Notes: generated from the letters alone by a model not told the origin. A DNA stretch of 64,000 nt from Eledone cirrhosa (GCA_964016885.1 OZ024740.1:234546001-234610000); one strand, 5' to 3'. Shown: positions 1 to 14,790, counted from the stretch's first letter. Numbers and translations: made by a program.

Positions 1-468
1 TATATATATATATATATAAGAACAACGTTAAGAAAGATGATGTGATTACACAAAGCGTTCATTCATTATAATTATGTCTATGGCTGCCCTTATGCAATCC
101 AAGATGAAGTATTTGCATTTTGTCGCTGGTATGCATCTTGGATTGCATACAAGCGATAATATTGGTGGCCATAAAAATAATTATAATAAATAAACGCTTT
201 ATGTAATCACAGCATCATTCTTAACGTTATTCTTATAGTGAATCTCCATGGTAACTACACACTAAGAATGTAGAGAGCTTTATCCTGCTTATTCCTGTTT
301 TTACCCCAACAATATGTTTAATGAACACACACACACACACATACACACACACACATACACACACACACATACATACACACTGCACACCTAGCCTTTCCTC
401 ACACCACCTATCATACCAAATATTTATCTCGCGAAGTAGCTCTTACATCATGCTGCTTCTCACACCAA

Positions 469-543
<75 letters not shown>

Positions 544-1553
544 ACTCACTCACTCACTTATTCACTCACTCTCTGTCTATCTATCTCTATCGATCTATCT
601 CCCCCTCACTCTCTCACTCACTCATTCACTCACTCACTCATTCACTCACTCTCTGTCTATCTATCTCTATCGATCTATCTCCCCCTCACTCTCTCACTCA
701 CTCACTCACTCACTCACTCACTCATTCACTCACTCACTCTCTATCTATCTCTATCGATCTATCTCCCCCTCACTCTCTCACTCACTCACTCACTCATTCA
801 CTCACTCACTCTCTGTCTATCTATCTCTATCGATCTATCTCCCCCGCACTATCTCACTTTCTCTCTCTCTCTATCTATCTATCTATCCACATATATTGAT
901 CTATCTATCTGCCCCCTCTATCTCTCTCTCTCACTCTTTCTCTGTGTTCTTCTTCCAATGTGTGTGGAATGTTATGGGGGGGGGGGGGACAGATGGAATG
1001 GAACTTAAAATAGTGAAAGGAAGAGTATTCTAGATAGAGTGGAAAAGAAAGTAAGAGAGTGAAGGAATGAAATAGATAGTGTACGAAAGAGAGAGTTGTT
1101 ATTACAGCATGTGTTGTTTGTCTGTGTAGTTTGGCAATCGATATTTTCTCCAATATAAGGTGGTTACAGTGATCCGTGTTGTGTCAGTGCAATAAATACT
1201 TGATTGATATCCAGTTTATGGCTTGCCTACACGTGGCCGCTTAACCTATTTGAGATAACACCCAAATTTCTCTCACATCACATCATATCATCTTAAATTG
1301 GGAAAAGTTACATTGAACAAGGAAAAAAATTATAAGGGCCCCATTCCTATAATGATTGATCAGTCTTATAGATAAAAAAGATGAGATGGTCACGGCTGGA
1401 ATCTACAATGGTAGGTCTATTCCATGAGAACTGATCAGAGGTTAAACAACAACAACAACCGACTTTATCTAGATACCAGTAACATTCAATTCATTAATGG
1501 TGCACTGAACAGCGTATATTGCAAAATATGAAGTGTGAGGTATATTTAATAAT

Positions 1554-1741
1554 TGTTTCTACTTTTGGCACAAGGCCAGCAAATACCCAGTGTATTACTG
1601 GTACTTTATTTTATCGACCCCATAAGGATGAAAGGCAAAGTTAACCTCGGCGGGATTTGAACTCAGAATGGCAAGGGCCGTAACTCTATACGTCAAAGCA
1701 TGGCGTCCGACCCTCTACCGATACTGCCAATCCACCGCCCT
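1554..1741 (-). mobile_element. tRNA-derived SINE, family A, full length with 13-bp TSD
   Basis: A box TGGCAGTATCGG, B box GTTCAAATCC, conserved body GCCTTTCATCC..GGGGTCGATAAAAT. TSD TATATTTAATAAT at 1541-1553 and 1742-1754. Confidence 0.88.
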
Positions 1742-1894
1742 TATATTTAATAATAAGGATCAATGATAAAGATCCCATAACTCCTTGTGGAGTCATAGAG
1801 GCACCATCATACGGCGTGTCTAGGGTACTTTTAAACCTGGCGGAGCCCAACTCTCTCCAGGTCCGAACACAGCCGATTTTTTCTATAGAGGAAA

Positions 1895-2035
1895 ATTCAA
1901 CCCCAGTACTGGACTGGTACTTTTTTTTATCGACCTCGAAAGGATGAAAGGTAAAGTTGACCTCGGCGGGATTTGAACTCAGAGTGCGCAGTGATCATTC
2001 TATTCGACATCTTAACGACTCTGTCAATTCGTCGT
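1895..2035 (-). mobile_element. SINE family A fragment
   Basis: Same body and B box as the 1554 copy. Confidence 0.7.
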
Positions 2036-2929
2036 CTATATTTAATAATACGTAATACAAATGTTAACAATCAATGTGATCTGTGATCTAATACACGTGA
2101 ATAAGTGTAAACAAATGTCTTTTTTATCTCTAGGTGGAAGAAAAAGGTGGGATTGGAGTTTCGATTCAATTGGAATACTCATAAGAGACCATGTCTCCAT
2201 TCCATCTATCTGTTCAAGAAGAGAAATATAGTTTATAGCTACTTGTATTCACAAACTGGGACTTTGTTGAATGAATTAATCTGATTTGTATAATAGTGCT
2301 TTCGTTGGCAAAGTAGTCAATTAATTATGTACTTAACAGAGTATGTTGCATAATCTGAAAAGTAAAATAAGGTATATCTAATCATAAACAATACAAAGTT
2401 TAACCATTGTTGTGGTACGAAATCTAACACGCGAAGATGAATGAAAACAAATCTCTTTTTTTATATCTACAAAGAAAAAGGTTTGGATTAGCCTAACTTT
2501 TCCAACTTAATTGGAGTTTTCATGAGAGACTGTGTATTACACATTAACTCCTATGTTCGCTTTTATGAAGAGGTGTTGTTTGTAATAAATTCACTGAAAT
2601 TTCATTAACTGAACTTGATTTTCTTTATAATAATTCTGTTCGAATATCATCATATATCATCATATCATCATATATCATTTGGGCTTAATTAGTGATAATG
2701 CTCAGAAATGAAGCTTAGGTCAGGTCGACAAATAATATGCACTCAAAAAAATAACCGTGTCAGGTCGACAAATAATACGCAGTCTGAAACAAAAAGTAGG
2801 TCAGGTCGAAGTTTCAGGCTGTTGATGTAACACTATCAGCTGCTATTTACAGTAGTTAATCTTACCTTTTTTATATAGCAGAATTTGTTGACGTTGATGT
2901 TAAATACATACAAATGTGGTTTTTAGCAC

Positions 2930-4085
2930 ATAATCAGGTGTGTGTAACTATTGATATTGATGTTCATAAAAACCATCACGATGCTCATCAGTAACCAAGA
3001 TTGTGGCTTTATAAAGCTCATAGTAGGAAACAGTAACTCCCATATATAAATGGATAAACAAAAAGTGATTTTATTTTGTATGCTGAATTTTTAGAAATGA
3101 AACCTTGCTCTAACAATCTAATTTTAATTCCAATAAAGGTTTTAAGCACAATGTCATTCTGAAGATCCAAAATCTCCAGTCCCCAATCTTCTGTTTTTAC
3201 TTGAGTAAGTCTCCCGATGGATGAAATTAGATCTTTTACATTAAAATATAAAATAATTTATATTAAAAAGATATTCATTGGTTCCATGGCAGTTAAAGTT
3301 AAACATTTCTTTTCAAATTGTTCTTGAAGCACTTGAAGGTTGATAATGAGGATTAAAGCCACTATCACATACCATTTTCTTCATATTAGGTACATGTTTG
3401 ACAGACTTTATCGTCAACCGAAAAACCCACAAAATCAGGTTTGCTTTAAATAATTTCATAACGCTTATCATTACAGCTATAAGGCAATCTTTTCTTTGAA
3501 GACCTAACTTTAAAGAATTCAATTTGTCCTGATATCTGAGAAAAAACAATCCAATCCACTTAGTTGATCAATGTTTACAGATCTGAGGAAACTTTATATA
3601 TCTACAATTAACCTTTTGATACCAAGTCGTCTTGGAGCCGCTCCTGTCTTTATAACATAAAACTGCTTGAAAATAAAGTGCTTATATTTATCTAGAAGCA
3701 CATCAACACAATTTTACGTTAGAAAATGTGATATGCTATACTCTAAACATAAGGTTAATAATGAGAAAGTTAACTTTATTACTGAATCCCTCTAAATTCT
3801 TTGTTGATTTCAAAATTATTTGAAAATTATAGGTAGTAATCTTTCATTGGTAACGAATAGTTTATACTTTAAAATCTTGTAAGAAACTTACCTTTATTGA
3901 TTCTTCGTACTTCTGAAACGCCGGAGTTTCGAAGGTGCAGCTGACATGTTCAAAATTAAGTATTTTAGCACACAAAGTTTCTTGAAAGATAGCACAATGG
4001 AAAGGATATTTTTTACAGGGGATACTACATCTTTTGATACTACCAACATTTACTGGGCCCCATCAGTAGCATTCACAGATAGCAG
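2930..4085 (-). pseudogene. hAT (Buster/SPIN/Charlie-type) transposase fossil
   Basis: Manual minus-strand translation gives ATDGA, FHCAIFQETLCAKILNFEHV, KLNSLKLGLQRK..FKANLILW and YIWELLFPTMSFIK..TDEH (hAT dimerisation-like). TCAGGTCGA repeats three times at 2720-2810. Confidence 0.75.
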
Positions 4086-4513
4086 GTGTGGAGGCATATC
4101 TATGGATTTCTGATTTAGTAAGGAGATTAGTAAATTTAACGGAAGGGCAGTTAATTAAATCAACCCCAGTATTTGACTGGTACTTTGTTTTGTCGATCCG
4201 AAAGACTGAAATAAAAAGTTAAGTAAAGAGCCAGAAAAAAAATGTCAATGACGTCTTATCCGATGCTCTACCAATTCTTCCAATCCACCACCCCTATAGA
4301 AGCATATCTATTGACATTGCATATAGTTTGAATATATTATAAATATCTTCATTTGTTGTTCGCCATTTCATTCGCAATATTTTCAAAAGTTCGTCTTTTG
4401 TAGTGAAATCTCTACACCAATGGCAGATTAATGAAAATAACGTTGCTAGTCTCACTCTCTATCCTTCCTCTCTCTTCTCAAAACAAGCTGCTTATTTGGA
4501 GATAGATTAAATG

Positions 4514-4568
<55 letters not shown>

Positions 4569-4700
4569 ATATATATATCCAGGGAGTGTAACGTGAAATT
4601 ATTGTAGGTTCACCCAGGTGAACACTCGGTGTTTAGGTTCACGTCAGTGGCGAGATGTAGAGCTCGTAATGAAGGCTTAACAAATCGTTCTTGTATCATT

Positions 4701-4747
<47 letters not shown>

Positions 4748-4959
4748 GAAGGTGAAGCCACGCTTCTTATCGGCTCCAGCTTTGTTTCAACATTTTACTT
4801 CGTTTTCAACCGTTCTTAACCTTTTATTCAAGTTTTAAACTTGATAAAAGTTTAGAAGTGACCCACCTAATGCAAGGGTTCACTCGTAAATAATACGACA
4901 CCCCTTTACGGGGTGTCGTATTATGTAAAAATATTATTTGAAAAAAAGAAATTTCTTTC

Positions 4960-6968
4960 AACACGGATAACACAAGAAAGAGAGAGAGCGCTGTCAGACA
5001 ATACAGAGAGAGGGAGACTTTGTCAACATATCAACAAGACAGCGTTCTAGCGAAGGTAAATATAAAAGAAAATATTACGAAGAAAAAGATGAATAATATC
5101 CTTTTTAATGATATTGTTACAGATTTAAAATTACCAAATATTTCTAACACAAACACACCAACAATAACACCAGCAACAACACCATCAATAACAACAGCAA
5201 CAACAAAAATAACAGCGGTAAGGTCGAGAACGACAATAACAATGACAATAACAACAGCCATAACAACAATAATAGTAGGAACAGTATCAACAAAAGCAAC
5301 AATAATAACAACAGCCACAATAACAGTAAGAACAGCAACAGTATCAACGAAAACAACAACAAAAACAGCAACAACAGTACCAACGAAAATATCAACAATG
5401 ACATCGATACCTGTAACAGCAATCTCAGCACCACCAGCAAGACCAGTAGCGGCAGCAATAGTGGTGCCGCTGAAAAAGGGACCACTTCTTTTGCAGGTGT
5501 CGCCCGAAATATCGAAACAGTGTTAGTCACAGAGGAGGAGATGGCAGTCGCAAGGGCCATGGTGACAAGAAGCGCCAATAGAGTTTCCCTGAAACCTCCA
5601 CCCGATTTTTTCAAGCAGCTACGGACGGTAACTTACCGCACCGTAAGCAAAATGTCACATCGGGTGGAGAGAGCCACGGAGGCTCAAATCCAAAAGGCCT
5701 TGGGTGCGTCTGGGCGCGCAAAACCCACATCACCCGAGGCAGAAAGTATGCCACAGTGGACGTACTTTTCGCTACCTCCCAAGACGCGAAGTCTCACTCT
5801 TTGGTAAACCTAAAGAGTGGGGAGATAGTCTTGGTGCCCTCCTAATGCGGGCAGAAAATTGTGAGTCAGAAATCGCGTCAGTCTTTGCTGGAATCGAGGA
5901 CAGGACGACCATGCTGCAAGTAGAGAAAATAGGGAGAGAGAACTGGTCAGGTATAGGCATGCAAATGCTTATACAAACTGACCAGGAGTGTATCGACGCT
6001 ATCCCCAATATCATAGACCTTGAGGAAGCACTCCAACGCCTTATAAACGTGGAAGGAAGACGGCCAAAATGTTATCTCTGTGGGTCAAAGGGTCACCTCA
6101 GGGCCTTTTGCCCGCAGAAGACAGCGAAGAAGACCCCCCCCCTCCTTCCAATGCCTGGTCCGCTGCTACCAAGAGCAGGGCGGGCAATAAATGCAGAAGA
6201 CCCTTGCACGGTGAGTAGGAGGGCAACGTCCGTGGCACCCGTACCAAGGCCATGGACAACTAAAGCAGCAGTATCAGTGGCGGCAACACCAGTAGCTACA
6301 TTTGCAGTAGCTGCATCAGCAACAAAATCGCCGGAGAGGTCTCACTACCACCACCAACAGCAGTGGAGCACATACCCCTCCCAGACGCCACGGAATCCGA
6401 CATGGAGTCTGAAGCAGGAGGGAAGTGGCAAACGGTCTGCCACAAAAAAGAAAAAAGAAAAAACCCTTAGCTTCACCCTCTAAAAGCGAAGGCAAACAAA
6501 GAGGGGTAAAGGCTGCAAGGCGACTTGCAGCAACACCACCACCATCACCACCAACAACCACCACACCACCACCACCGGTATCACTACAAACATCGCAAAC
6601 ACAACAAGACAAAAATACACAACAACAACAACAACAAGACAGCAACAAAACCAAACCAAACCCCAAAATATTACACAACCATAAACTTGGCAAATAAAGA
6701 ACTCTAAGAACATATAAAGCAGCACAAAGATATTACGGGCAAAAATTACTACACCCCACCAACACCAAGAACTCTCCCGAAAAATATAAACATTATTGAA
6801 ATTAAAATAGAACATTACAAACATTTTAAAGAAAAATTCCCCAACGCAGTTGGAGACTTCAGAGGATCAGATACCAAGAGGATATACACCGACATCACCT
6901 TGGATCCACTCATGACCAGCCAAAGGGACGGTTCAACTGTCCCTTCCCCACACGATCAGGGTAGGTGA
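4960..6968 (+). pseudogene. Frameshifted ORF1 of the old Tx1 copy (5' limit approximate)
   Basis: RVERATEAQIQKALG, CYLCGSKGHLRAFC knuckle, and FPNAVGDFR...STVPSPHDQGR* ending at TGA 6966-6968. Confidence 0.85.
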
Positions 6969-7000
6969 TCCTTTCTCACTTACTCCATTCCTCACCGAAC

Positions 7001-10000
7001 ATGGCCGTACTTAGAATAGGCAGTATAAATGTACGTGGCCTGGGGGTTATCTTGGAAGCAGTGCCACCTGCTTAACGATCTCAGGTCACTAAACATAGAT
7101 GTAGTGGCCATCAGCGAGACCAGAATCTCCGAAGCACGAGCCTTCGCACCGATCTTCGGCGGCTACGATGTATACACATCTCCAAGCCGTCCGGAAGCGG
7201 GGGACGGAGTTGCTGTGCTTTTTCGGAGAGGCTTGGATCTCGCCATACGGGCCATCTTCCTGGACCCAGAAGGTAAGTCGGTGGTGCTGGACGTGACCGG
7301 CAGCGAAGGCAATGCTTTCAGGCTAGTAGCCGTCTACGCCCCAGCAGGGGCAGGGCGGCCAGATTTCTTTAGGCGTCTAGAGGCCTTTCTTGGAACGTCC
7401 CGCTCTTTAGTGTTAGTGGGTGACTGGAACGCTATCTTCGATGTACGCTGGGATGATGTGGGGCTAGTAAATAAGTGAGGAGAATGTAAAAGCCTCACCA
7501 ACCTGCTCAGACGTTTTCAACTGTCTGACTGGATTATCCGAATCGACTGGATTTTCCGAATGTGGACATGGGAAACCGCAATGTGTCATCCAAATCGTAT
7601 CTAGATAGGGTATTGTATAAGGATACAGATAAGGCTAAGGTAGGTTGTCCACAATTTAAAGTAGTCGACTACTCGGACTACAAATTTGTGATCTGTGAAG
7701 TCGACTGAGATAGACTTCATAGGCAAGGACCTGGTTACTGGAAGCTGAACGCGTCTTTCCCAGCGCGCAAAGCTTACAGAGACCGGATAAGCGAATTAGT
7801 TAAGCGTGCGTTGACGGGTGCGATCGTCAACAACAGGTGGTGGTTTACACTGAAAAGGGCAATTAGAGTAAAATCAATAAGGTTTAGCAAATGAGTAAAG
7901 ATAGAGGAAAATATAGTAGAAGAAGAGCTAGTTAGAAAGCTAGAAGAGGCGTTTAGGACAGGCATCGCAACCGACGTGCTTGCGGCGAGATTGACACTCG
8001 ACCAATTCTTCAATGCAAAACACGAAGGCTGCGTTGTCAGAGCTAGAGCGCGTGCTCTAAGACACGAGGGGACGAAAGCTGTCCAATGGGCCCGGGTGGT
8101 GGAGGCGCGACGTGGCAACAAAGCCACAATTCAATTCTTGTCTGACCAAAACGGGCACATGATACGCGAACCCGAGCAGATGTTTGCGGCTTTTCAGCAG
8201 CACTTTGCTCAACTGTTTGGGAGCGGTGGCGGGCCGGATCAGAGAATGAACTTCAGTGCATACCTCGAGGGACTGTCGCAGCTCTCGACATCCACAGTAC
8301 AGTATTGCGAAAAGCCGATAACAGCTGGGGAAATAGGGGAAGCGATGTCTGACTGCACAAGGTTTGGGTGGTCTGCCCTACGAGATTATGCGTATATGCC
8401 AGACTTGTTCGGCGACCTCTTGGCAGATGTCTACTGCAACTGGCAGCAAAACGGGAGCTTCCTAGTTTTGTGAGCCGAGGAGAAGTGGCGCTGCTGAGAA
8501 AAGACCCGAACAAAGGGGACGTTATAGACAACTTCAGGCGCATAACTCTTATAAACGCAGAGTTTAAGATTTTGGCCAAGGTGTTAGCAAAGAGATTGGC
8601 GCTTGTCGTCGGTGATCTGGTGGGAGAGGCGCATATATGCACCATTCCGGACAGATCCATCCACGACAACCTCCATCTCATGCGATACATCATAGAGAGG
8701 GGGTTAAGCAACCTGGCACGGGTGGGGCTCTGATAAACTTAGATCAATCTAAAGCATTTGATAGGGTCGACCAACGGTACCTGGCTGCGGTCCTCGAGGC
8801 GGCCGGCTTCGGGCCCGTTTTTAGGGGCTGGATCGCTGCGATGCACAGCGACATCTGCTCGATTGCGAGGGTGAATGTTCACCTGTCGCAGCCCTTCAAT
8901 ATCATGCGTTTGGTCCGCCAGGGTTGTCCCCTCTTCCCCCTCTCATAGGTACTGGCCCTAGGGCCGTTACTGCACAAATTGTAGACGATGAGAGGGGTCC
9001 CACGCGAACTGGGATGCGGGAGATCCGTGTCAGCTTACGCCGACGACGTCACCGTGGTGGTGTCGAGCACCAAACACGTCCAGATGCTCGGCACCGCTCT
9101 CAAGGAATACGAAGCGGTGACAGGAGCAAAGATAAACCAGGAAAAGTCGGTGGGCTTGCAACTCGGCGCCTGGAGAGGCAAGTCCATGCCGTCCGACAGC
9201 GTCGTGGGGAGCTGGACGGAAGGACCCGTTAAATTACTCGGGGTCTGGTTCCGTCCGGACCTCCAGATGGAGAAAAACTGGAGCGAGGTGACGAGCAGGG
9301 TAGCCTCTCTCACCCAGCAATGGGCCGAGAGGAGGCTGTCTTTGAAAGGTCGGGCGGAGGTGGCGAATGCGTACATAGTGTCCGTTATCTGCTACCTCCT
9401 GACCGTCGTACCTTGCCCCCCAACAACTCTGACCAAAATGGAGCGCCTTCTCTTCCGCTTTTTGTGGAAGGGACGTGCTCCCATGGTCAGATTTGCTATC
9501 AACACCCGTTGTGTGGAGGACTAGGCATGCCGTGGCTGATGATGCGCAATCATGCGCTGAGGTGCTTCCTTGACGGTGAACAGGTGTGGTCGCCGTTTGC
9601 CAGACGCGCTTTTCCCCAGCTCGTCTCCTTAACGGAGCTGCAGTCCTGGATCAGGAAAAGACCGAGGGATAGCGCTTGGAAGCTGGAATGTCTCCAAGTG
9701 CTCACCGCCCTCTACCAGCTGGGTACTAGTATCGGTGGAACATCCACCTCGGCGTTCTATAGAGGGCTAGTGGGGGAAAAGAGCGACGACGTTCTCGGGG
9801 AGACCCTGGGCGTCGAAGACGATCAGCTGTTCACTCTCTTCAAGAGAACTTTCAGACCGGGGCCTATGGACAACTTCCAGAAATCCCTGGCCTAGCAGTG
9901 CTACCGGGGAGCGTTACCGGTTCGAGATAAGCTCTACAGGTACTGAGGTGCTGTCAGCCGAGCCTGTCCGAGATGCGCGCAGGGCGATGAAACCGTGCTG

Positions 10001-10300
10001 CACGCACTCATTCAGTGCCCGAGGATTGCTGACTTGTGGAGCTATGTTGAACAGCTGGTGTCGCGTGTAGGACGGATCCGGTTATCGACTGAGTCCATTG
10101 TGCAGATAGCCCCGCCATCCTCCTTTAAAGAGGAGGAAGGGCAAGCAGTTTTCATCTGCCTGGTGGCCATGGCGAAACAGATTGTGTGTTCGACAAGGTT
10201 GAAATGGTTAAAGACGGACACTTTCCTCTTCGGCCAATCCCTGATTAACTTTTTCAAGTTTCACTTGAAGAGGAAAATCAAGGTGGAGAGGCAAGTGTAG
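7001..10300 (+). pseudogene. Disrupted ORF2 (APE-RT) of the old Tx1 copy
   Basis: ATG at 7001 gives MAVLRIGSIN. AISET, GDWN, LDQSKAFDRV and YADD are spread over several frames with stops. Confidence 0.92.
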
Positions 10301-10826
10301 AGAAACGATTGTAATATGTCTAATAAATCTTATTCGTCGGAGAATCAGTGGTGCGACGAATAAGATTTATTAGACATATTACACATCCACACCACATATA
10401 AACACAAACACACACGCGCGTATCCCCACATACACACACCCAGCCTCCGGACCAGTTTATTCGAATAGGAATTAACTATGGAGATATAAAAGATACAGAA
10501 GCGAAAGCCAAACAAACAGTGAGTGTGTTCCGTTATTATTTCTGGCAATATTATTACAACAATATGACCCTCCCTAAGTATAACAATATTTGTTTCGACA
10601 CACGATTTCATATCAAAAACCTTGCAAAACAAATTCATCGCCGTCATGGCATTAGCCTGTGCTAAGCTGAAAGGTTATTGAAAGACACTGTTTTCTGTTA
10701 TATAAAAACTACAAAAACAACAGAACAAATTCGCTTCTTAAAACGCTGTTTCCTTCAAAATATACACGACAAACATATCACATACATACATACATACATA
10801 CATACATACATACATACATACATACA

Positions 10827-10913
<87 letters not shown>

Positions 10914-11364
10914 CTTCCTTTTTGAATTTGTTTTACAAGATTTCTTATCTGAAAACGTGTGTTGAAACAGATATTGTTATACTTTGGGAGGCTCATACTG
11001 CCAATAAAAAGACACACACTTGTTTGTTTTCACTTCGATGTATTATAAATTTCCGGTTTGTTGGTTGGTTCGATAATCGGATGGTTGTTTATATATCGTC
11101 ACTGAGGACGAAAGAGCTTTGACAATGTATAAACACATCGGGTTATCGAACCAACCAACCAACCGGAAATTTATAATAAATTGAAGTGAAAGCCAACAGG
11201 TGTGTGTATTTTATTGGCAACATGACACTCCCAAAGTATAACAATATAAATATATATATATATATATATGTGAAGTAATTCCGTCGGAAAAGTCCAGGAA
11301 AAAAGAGTGCTCTATGTAGGTAACAGAGATTAATAGTTATGTAATAAACAACATAAGGCAATTA

Positions 11365-11424
11365 TTCCATTTACCAGTGGTTTCTTAAAAGCAAAAAATT
11401 TTGCTTTCAATCATCAGAATGAAA
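11365..11424 (-). ncRNA. Type I minimal hammerhead ribozyme (PLE-type)
   Basis: TTTCATT-CTGATGA-[TTGAAAGCAAAA/TTTTGCTTTTAA]-GAA-ACCACTGGT-A-AATGGAA: intact core, palindromic stem III, GUA site. Confidence 0.85.
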
Positions 11425-11534
11425 AAATCCTGGTCTATTTATTGATATTGGATTCTAAAAACAAAAATGCAATCTATATGAAAGTGAGGCTGGAGAAGGA
11501 AGAAGGAAAGGGAAAATAAAATAAAAACACACAT

Positions 11535-11573
<39 letters not shown>

Positions 11574-12249
11574 TATATACATACACACATATATACATAT
11601 ATATATATATACATACACTCATACATACACACACACATATACACATATATATGTGTATATATATACACACATACACATACATATACACATACATACATAC
11701 ATACACACATAAATATCAACATATCCATACATACACATACATATATACAATCACACACACATATATACACACATGTATATAGAAGTATAAATATATATAT
11801 ATATATATGCATACACATACACATACATAGCCATACACACATAATATACATACATACATACATACACACAATCATACCTATATACACACGTACATACATA
11901 CACATACATAAATGCATACATATACATGCACAAAATTAGAAAAATATACACACACCTCTACATATTCACACACGCAAATACATATAAGAAAAAATATATA
12001 TAAAATAATAAAAGAAAATAAAGACTATTATAAAGTTGACAGCGATACAGGCAACAAATAAATGAACAAACACACGTGGTAAGCAATACACACAAATGCA
12101 CGTACACATACATACATAAAAATAAATACATACACACACTCTCACACATAAATATACATATACAAATACATAAACACATACATACGCATACACAAATACA
12201 TACACAAACACACACACACATATACATATATACACACACATATATACAT

Positions 12250-12295
<46 letters not shown>

Positions 12296-12311
12296 ATATA
12301 CACACATACAT

Positions 12312-12354
<43 letters not shown>

Positions 12355-12550
12355 TACATACATAGCCATACAATTATACACATACAAATACGTACATATC
12401 ACAAACACGCACAACCAAATACAAACACACACACATATATATATATATATGTGTGTGTAAAACTCAATCTTAGATAATTCATATGAACCTTATTTAACTC
12501 TAAAATATACATATATATATAGTTATGTAATAAACAACATAAGGCAATTA

Positions 12551-12610
12551 TTCCATTTACCAGTGATTTCTTAAAAGCAAAAAATGTTTCTTTCAATCAT
12601 CAGAATGAAA
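12551..12610 (-). ncRNA. Hammerhead ribozyme, copy 2 of the 11365 motif
   Basis: Same fold with a few stem substitutions. Confidence 0.75.
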
Positions 12611-13150
12611 AAATCTTGGTCTATCTATCTATATATATATACACATATATATATATATATATATATACATACACATACATACACATACATACTTACTAAC
12701 ATACACATATATACCTACACACACATATATATACATACACATACGTATGCATACATACACACACACACACATACACATACATATACATATATAACTCGAT
12801 ATATATATATATATATATATATGAGAAAGAACATGAATATTATAAAATAAATATTTTATATATACAAATAATAAATAAAAATATATATATATATTTAGAA
12901 AAGGGTATAAATGCCCATAGCAGACCTAGAGCACTCAACAAGTTCATGGAGCAAAAGATCAATGAAAATGATCATCAAATCACTATATATAATGATACAC
13001 ATACATACACCCTTATACATATATACAAATACACACACACACATACACACACACATAAATATATATACATACACACACACAAAAAAAACCCAACCACAGA
13101 AATACAAACACACATACAAAAACGTATATATACATATATATATACATATT

Positions 13151-13273
<123 letters not shown>

Positions 13274-13761
13274 AGTGTAATTTTCTACACAAAACGAAGG
13301 TTATAGAGAAAATTGAGGTTGGTAATGGCACATGGAATATATAAGAGACAGAATACTTTTTTGTGAAAAAACATAATTTTATAAGGTAAGGAAATAATAA
13401 AGGGTATAAAAAATGACCGGTTTCGATGGGTCTGCAAAAGCCATCTTTTCAAATGTTGATTAATATTAAGAAAAATTAATAATACGAAGAGTTAAAATTT
13501 GAGATTTGAAAATTCAAGTATAAAATTCATTGTGGGATTTCATAGCAGTTTTCATCTAGGTAGCAACAACAGGTTGACTGCTGCGTCCCTTTCTGGTAGT
13601 GAATGAGAAGTTATTTGGGGTGTGGGTTATTTTATAAAGGTCAGATTTAGCAATCACCAACTGGCCAGCTGCTGGTCAGTGAGGGGTGGAAGCAATATAC
13701 ATACACATATCTTCCTGTGGTGGGTAGGAGAGTGGAGCGTGATAGAAAGGGATTTAGTGCA

Positions 13762-13815
<54 letters not shown>

Positions 13816-14122
13816 TAGGAAAAAGCCTGACCCTACGGCAAGGCTCAAACCTTTTCTGAGGCTATTATATAAAAAACACACAAAACCATTATATAAAAAA
13901 TTAATATATAAAAAATTAAAATATAAAAAATTAATATCTAAAAATAAAAAAAATGTTGGTATGTGAAGGGTAAGGAAAAAAAATAGGGAGGAAAAGGAGG
14001 GGGGGATGATATAGGAAAAGGTTAAATATAAGGGGAGATAAGGGAGAAAGAGAATACAAGAGTACAGAACGTGGATTCAGCAGGTAAAAATCCGTAGTAG
14101 AAGTAAAGAGCAGGAAAGGAGT

Positions 14123-14790
14123 TCAAGGCGGTTGAGTTATCATAGGAATGTCAATCCAGTTACAGATCAGATGTGATTTCAGATGAGGACAACATCTGAA
14201 GATCTCGGTCTTTGAGTTCAGGCAAGCAGAAGTGGCTTTCAAGTTTAGCAAAATCCTATATTTTTCTTTGTGCCCCTTTGGTACTCTCTCGAATGGTCTA
14301 AAATAGACCAATCGATAGAGTACGGGATGTTATTATCCTTGAATTCCCACACCTTACTTGCGCGGGCCGTTGTTGTTCGTTTATCGGAGTGCTTAAAAGA
14401 AGCGACATGTGAGTAAAACCTGATTTTAAACCTGTCCTGGGTCATGCCGACATATCACTCACTCCTGACTGGCTGGTTGTTGATTAAAGGTGTTATTTTA
14501 GCCTCATAAACAACAGACTTGGTGTTACATTTGCCCTGCAATGGGCATTCATCCGGCTTCCTGTAACTGCATCCTGGATTTGTTCTCGTATGATTTGAAC
14601 TAGTGATCTTGGACTTCATAGATGGGCAACAAGAGTAACTGATCTTAACTACGTTCCTATTAAATATCTTATAATATCTATGATTAGGAGGAAAATGTTT
14701 ATCTAAGAGTTCAAGGAATTTCCTTCCTACATTAGTTTTGACAGTTAGAGAGAAGGGGGGTGTGAACCAAATATTTTCCTTTTCTTGTTA
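14123..14790 (-). pseudogene. Neptune-type PLE C-terminal linker + GIY-YIG endonuclease fragment
   Basis: IWFTPPFSLTVKTNVGRKFLELLDKHFPPNHRYYKIFNRNVVKISYSC, CPLQGKCNTKSVVYEA, YVGMTQDRFKIRFYSH, LNSKTEIFRCCPH. Confidence 0.85.

Larger units (their letters stand above)
4748..10300 (+). mobile_element. Decayed older-subfamily L1/Tx1 element, 3'-truncated
   Basis: Starts GAAGG right after (ATT)15 (4703-4747). Fragmented ORF1 and ORF2 align with the young copies up to ...HLKRKIKVERQV. Confidence 0.92.
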
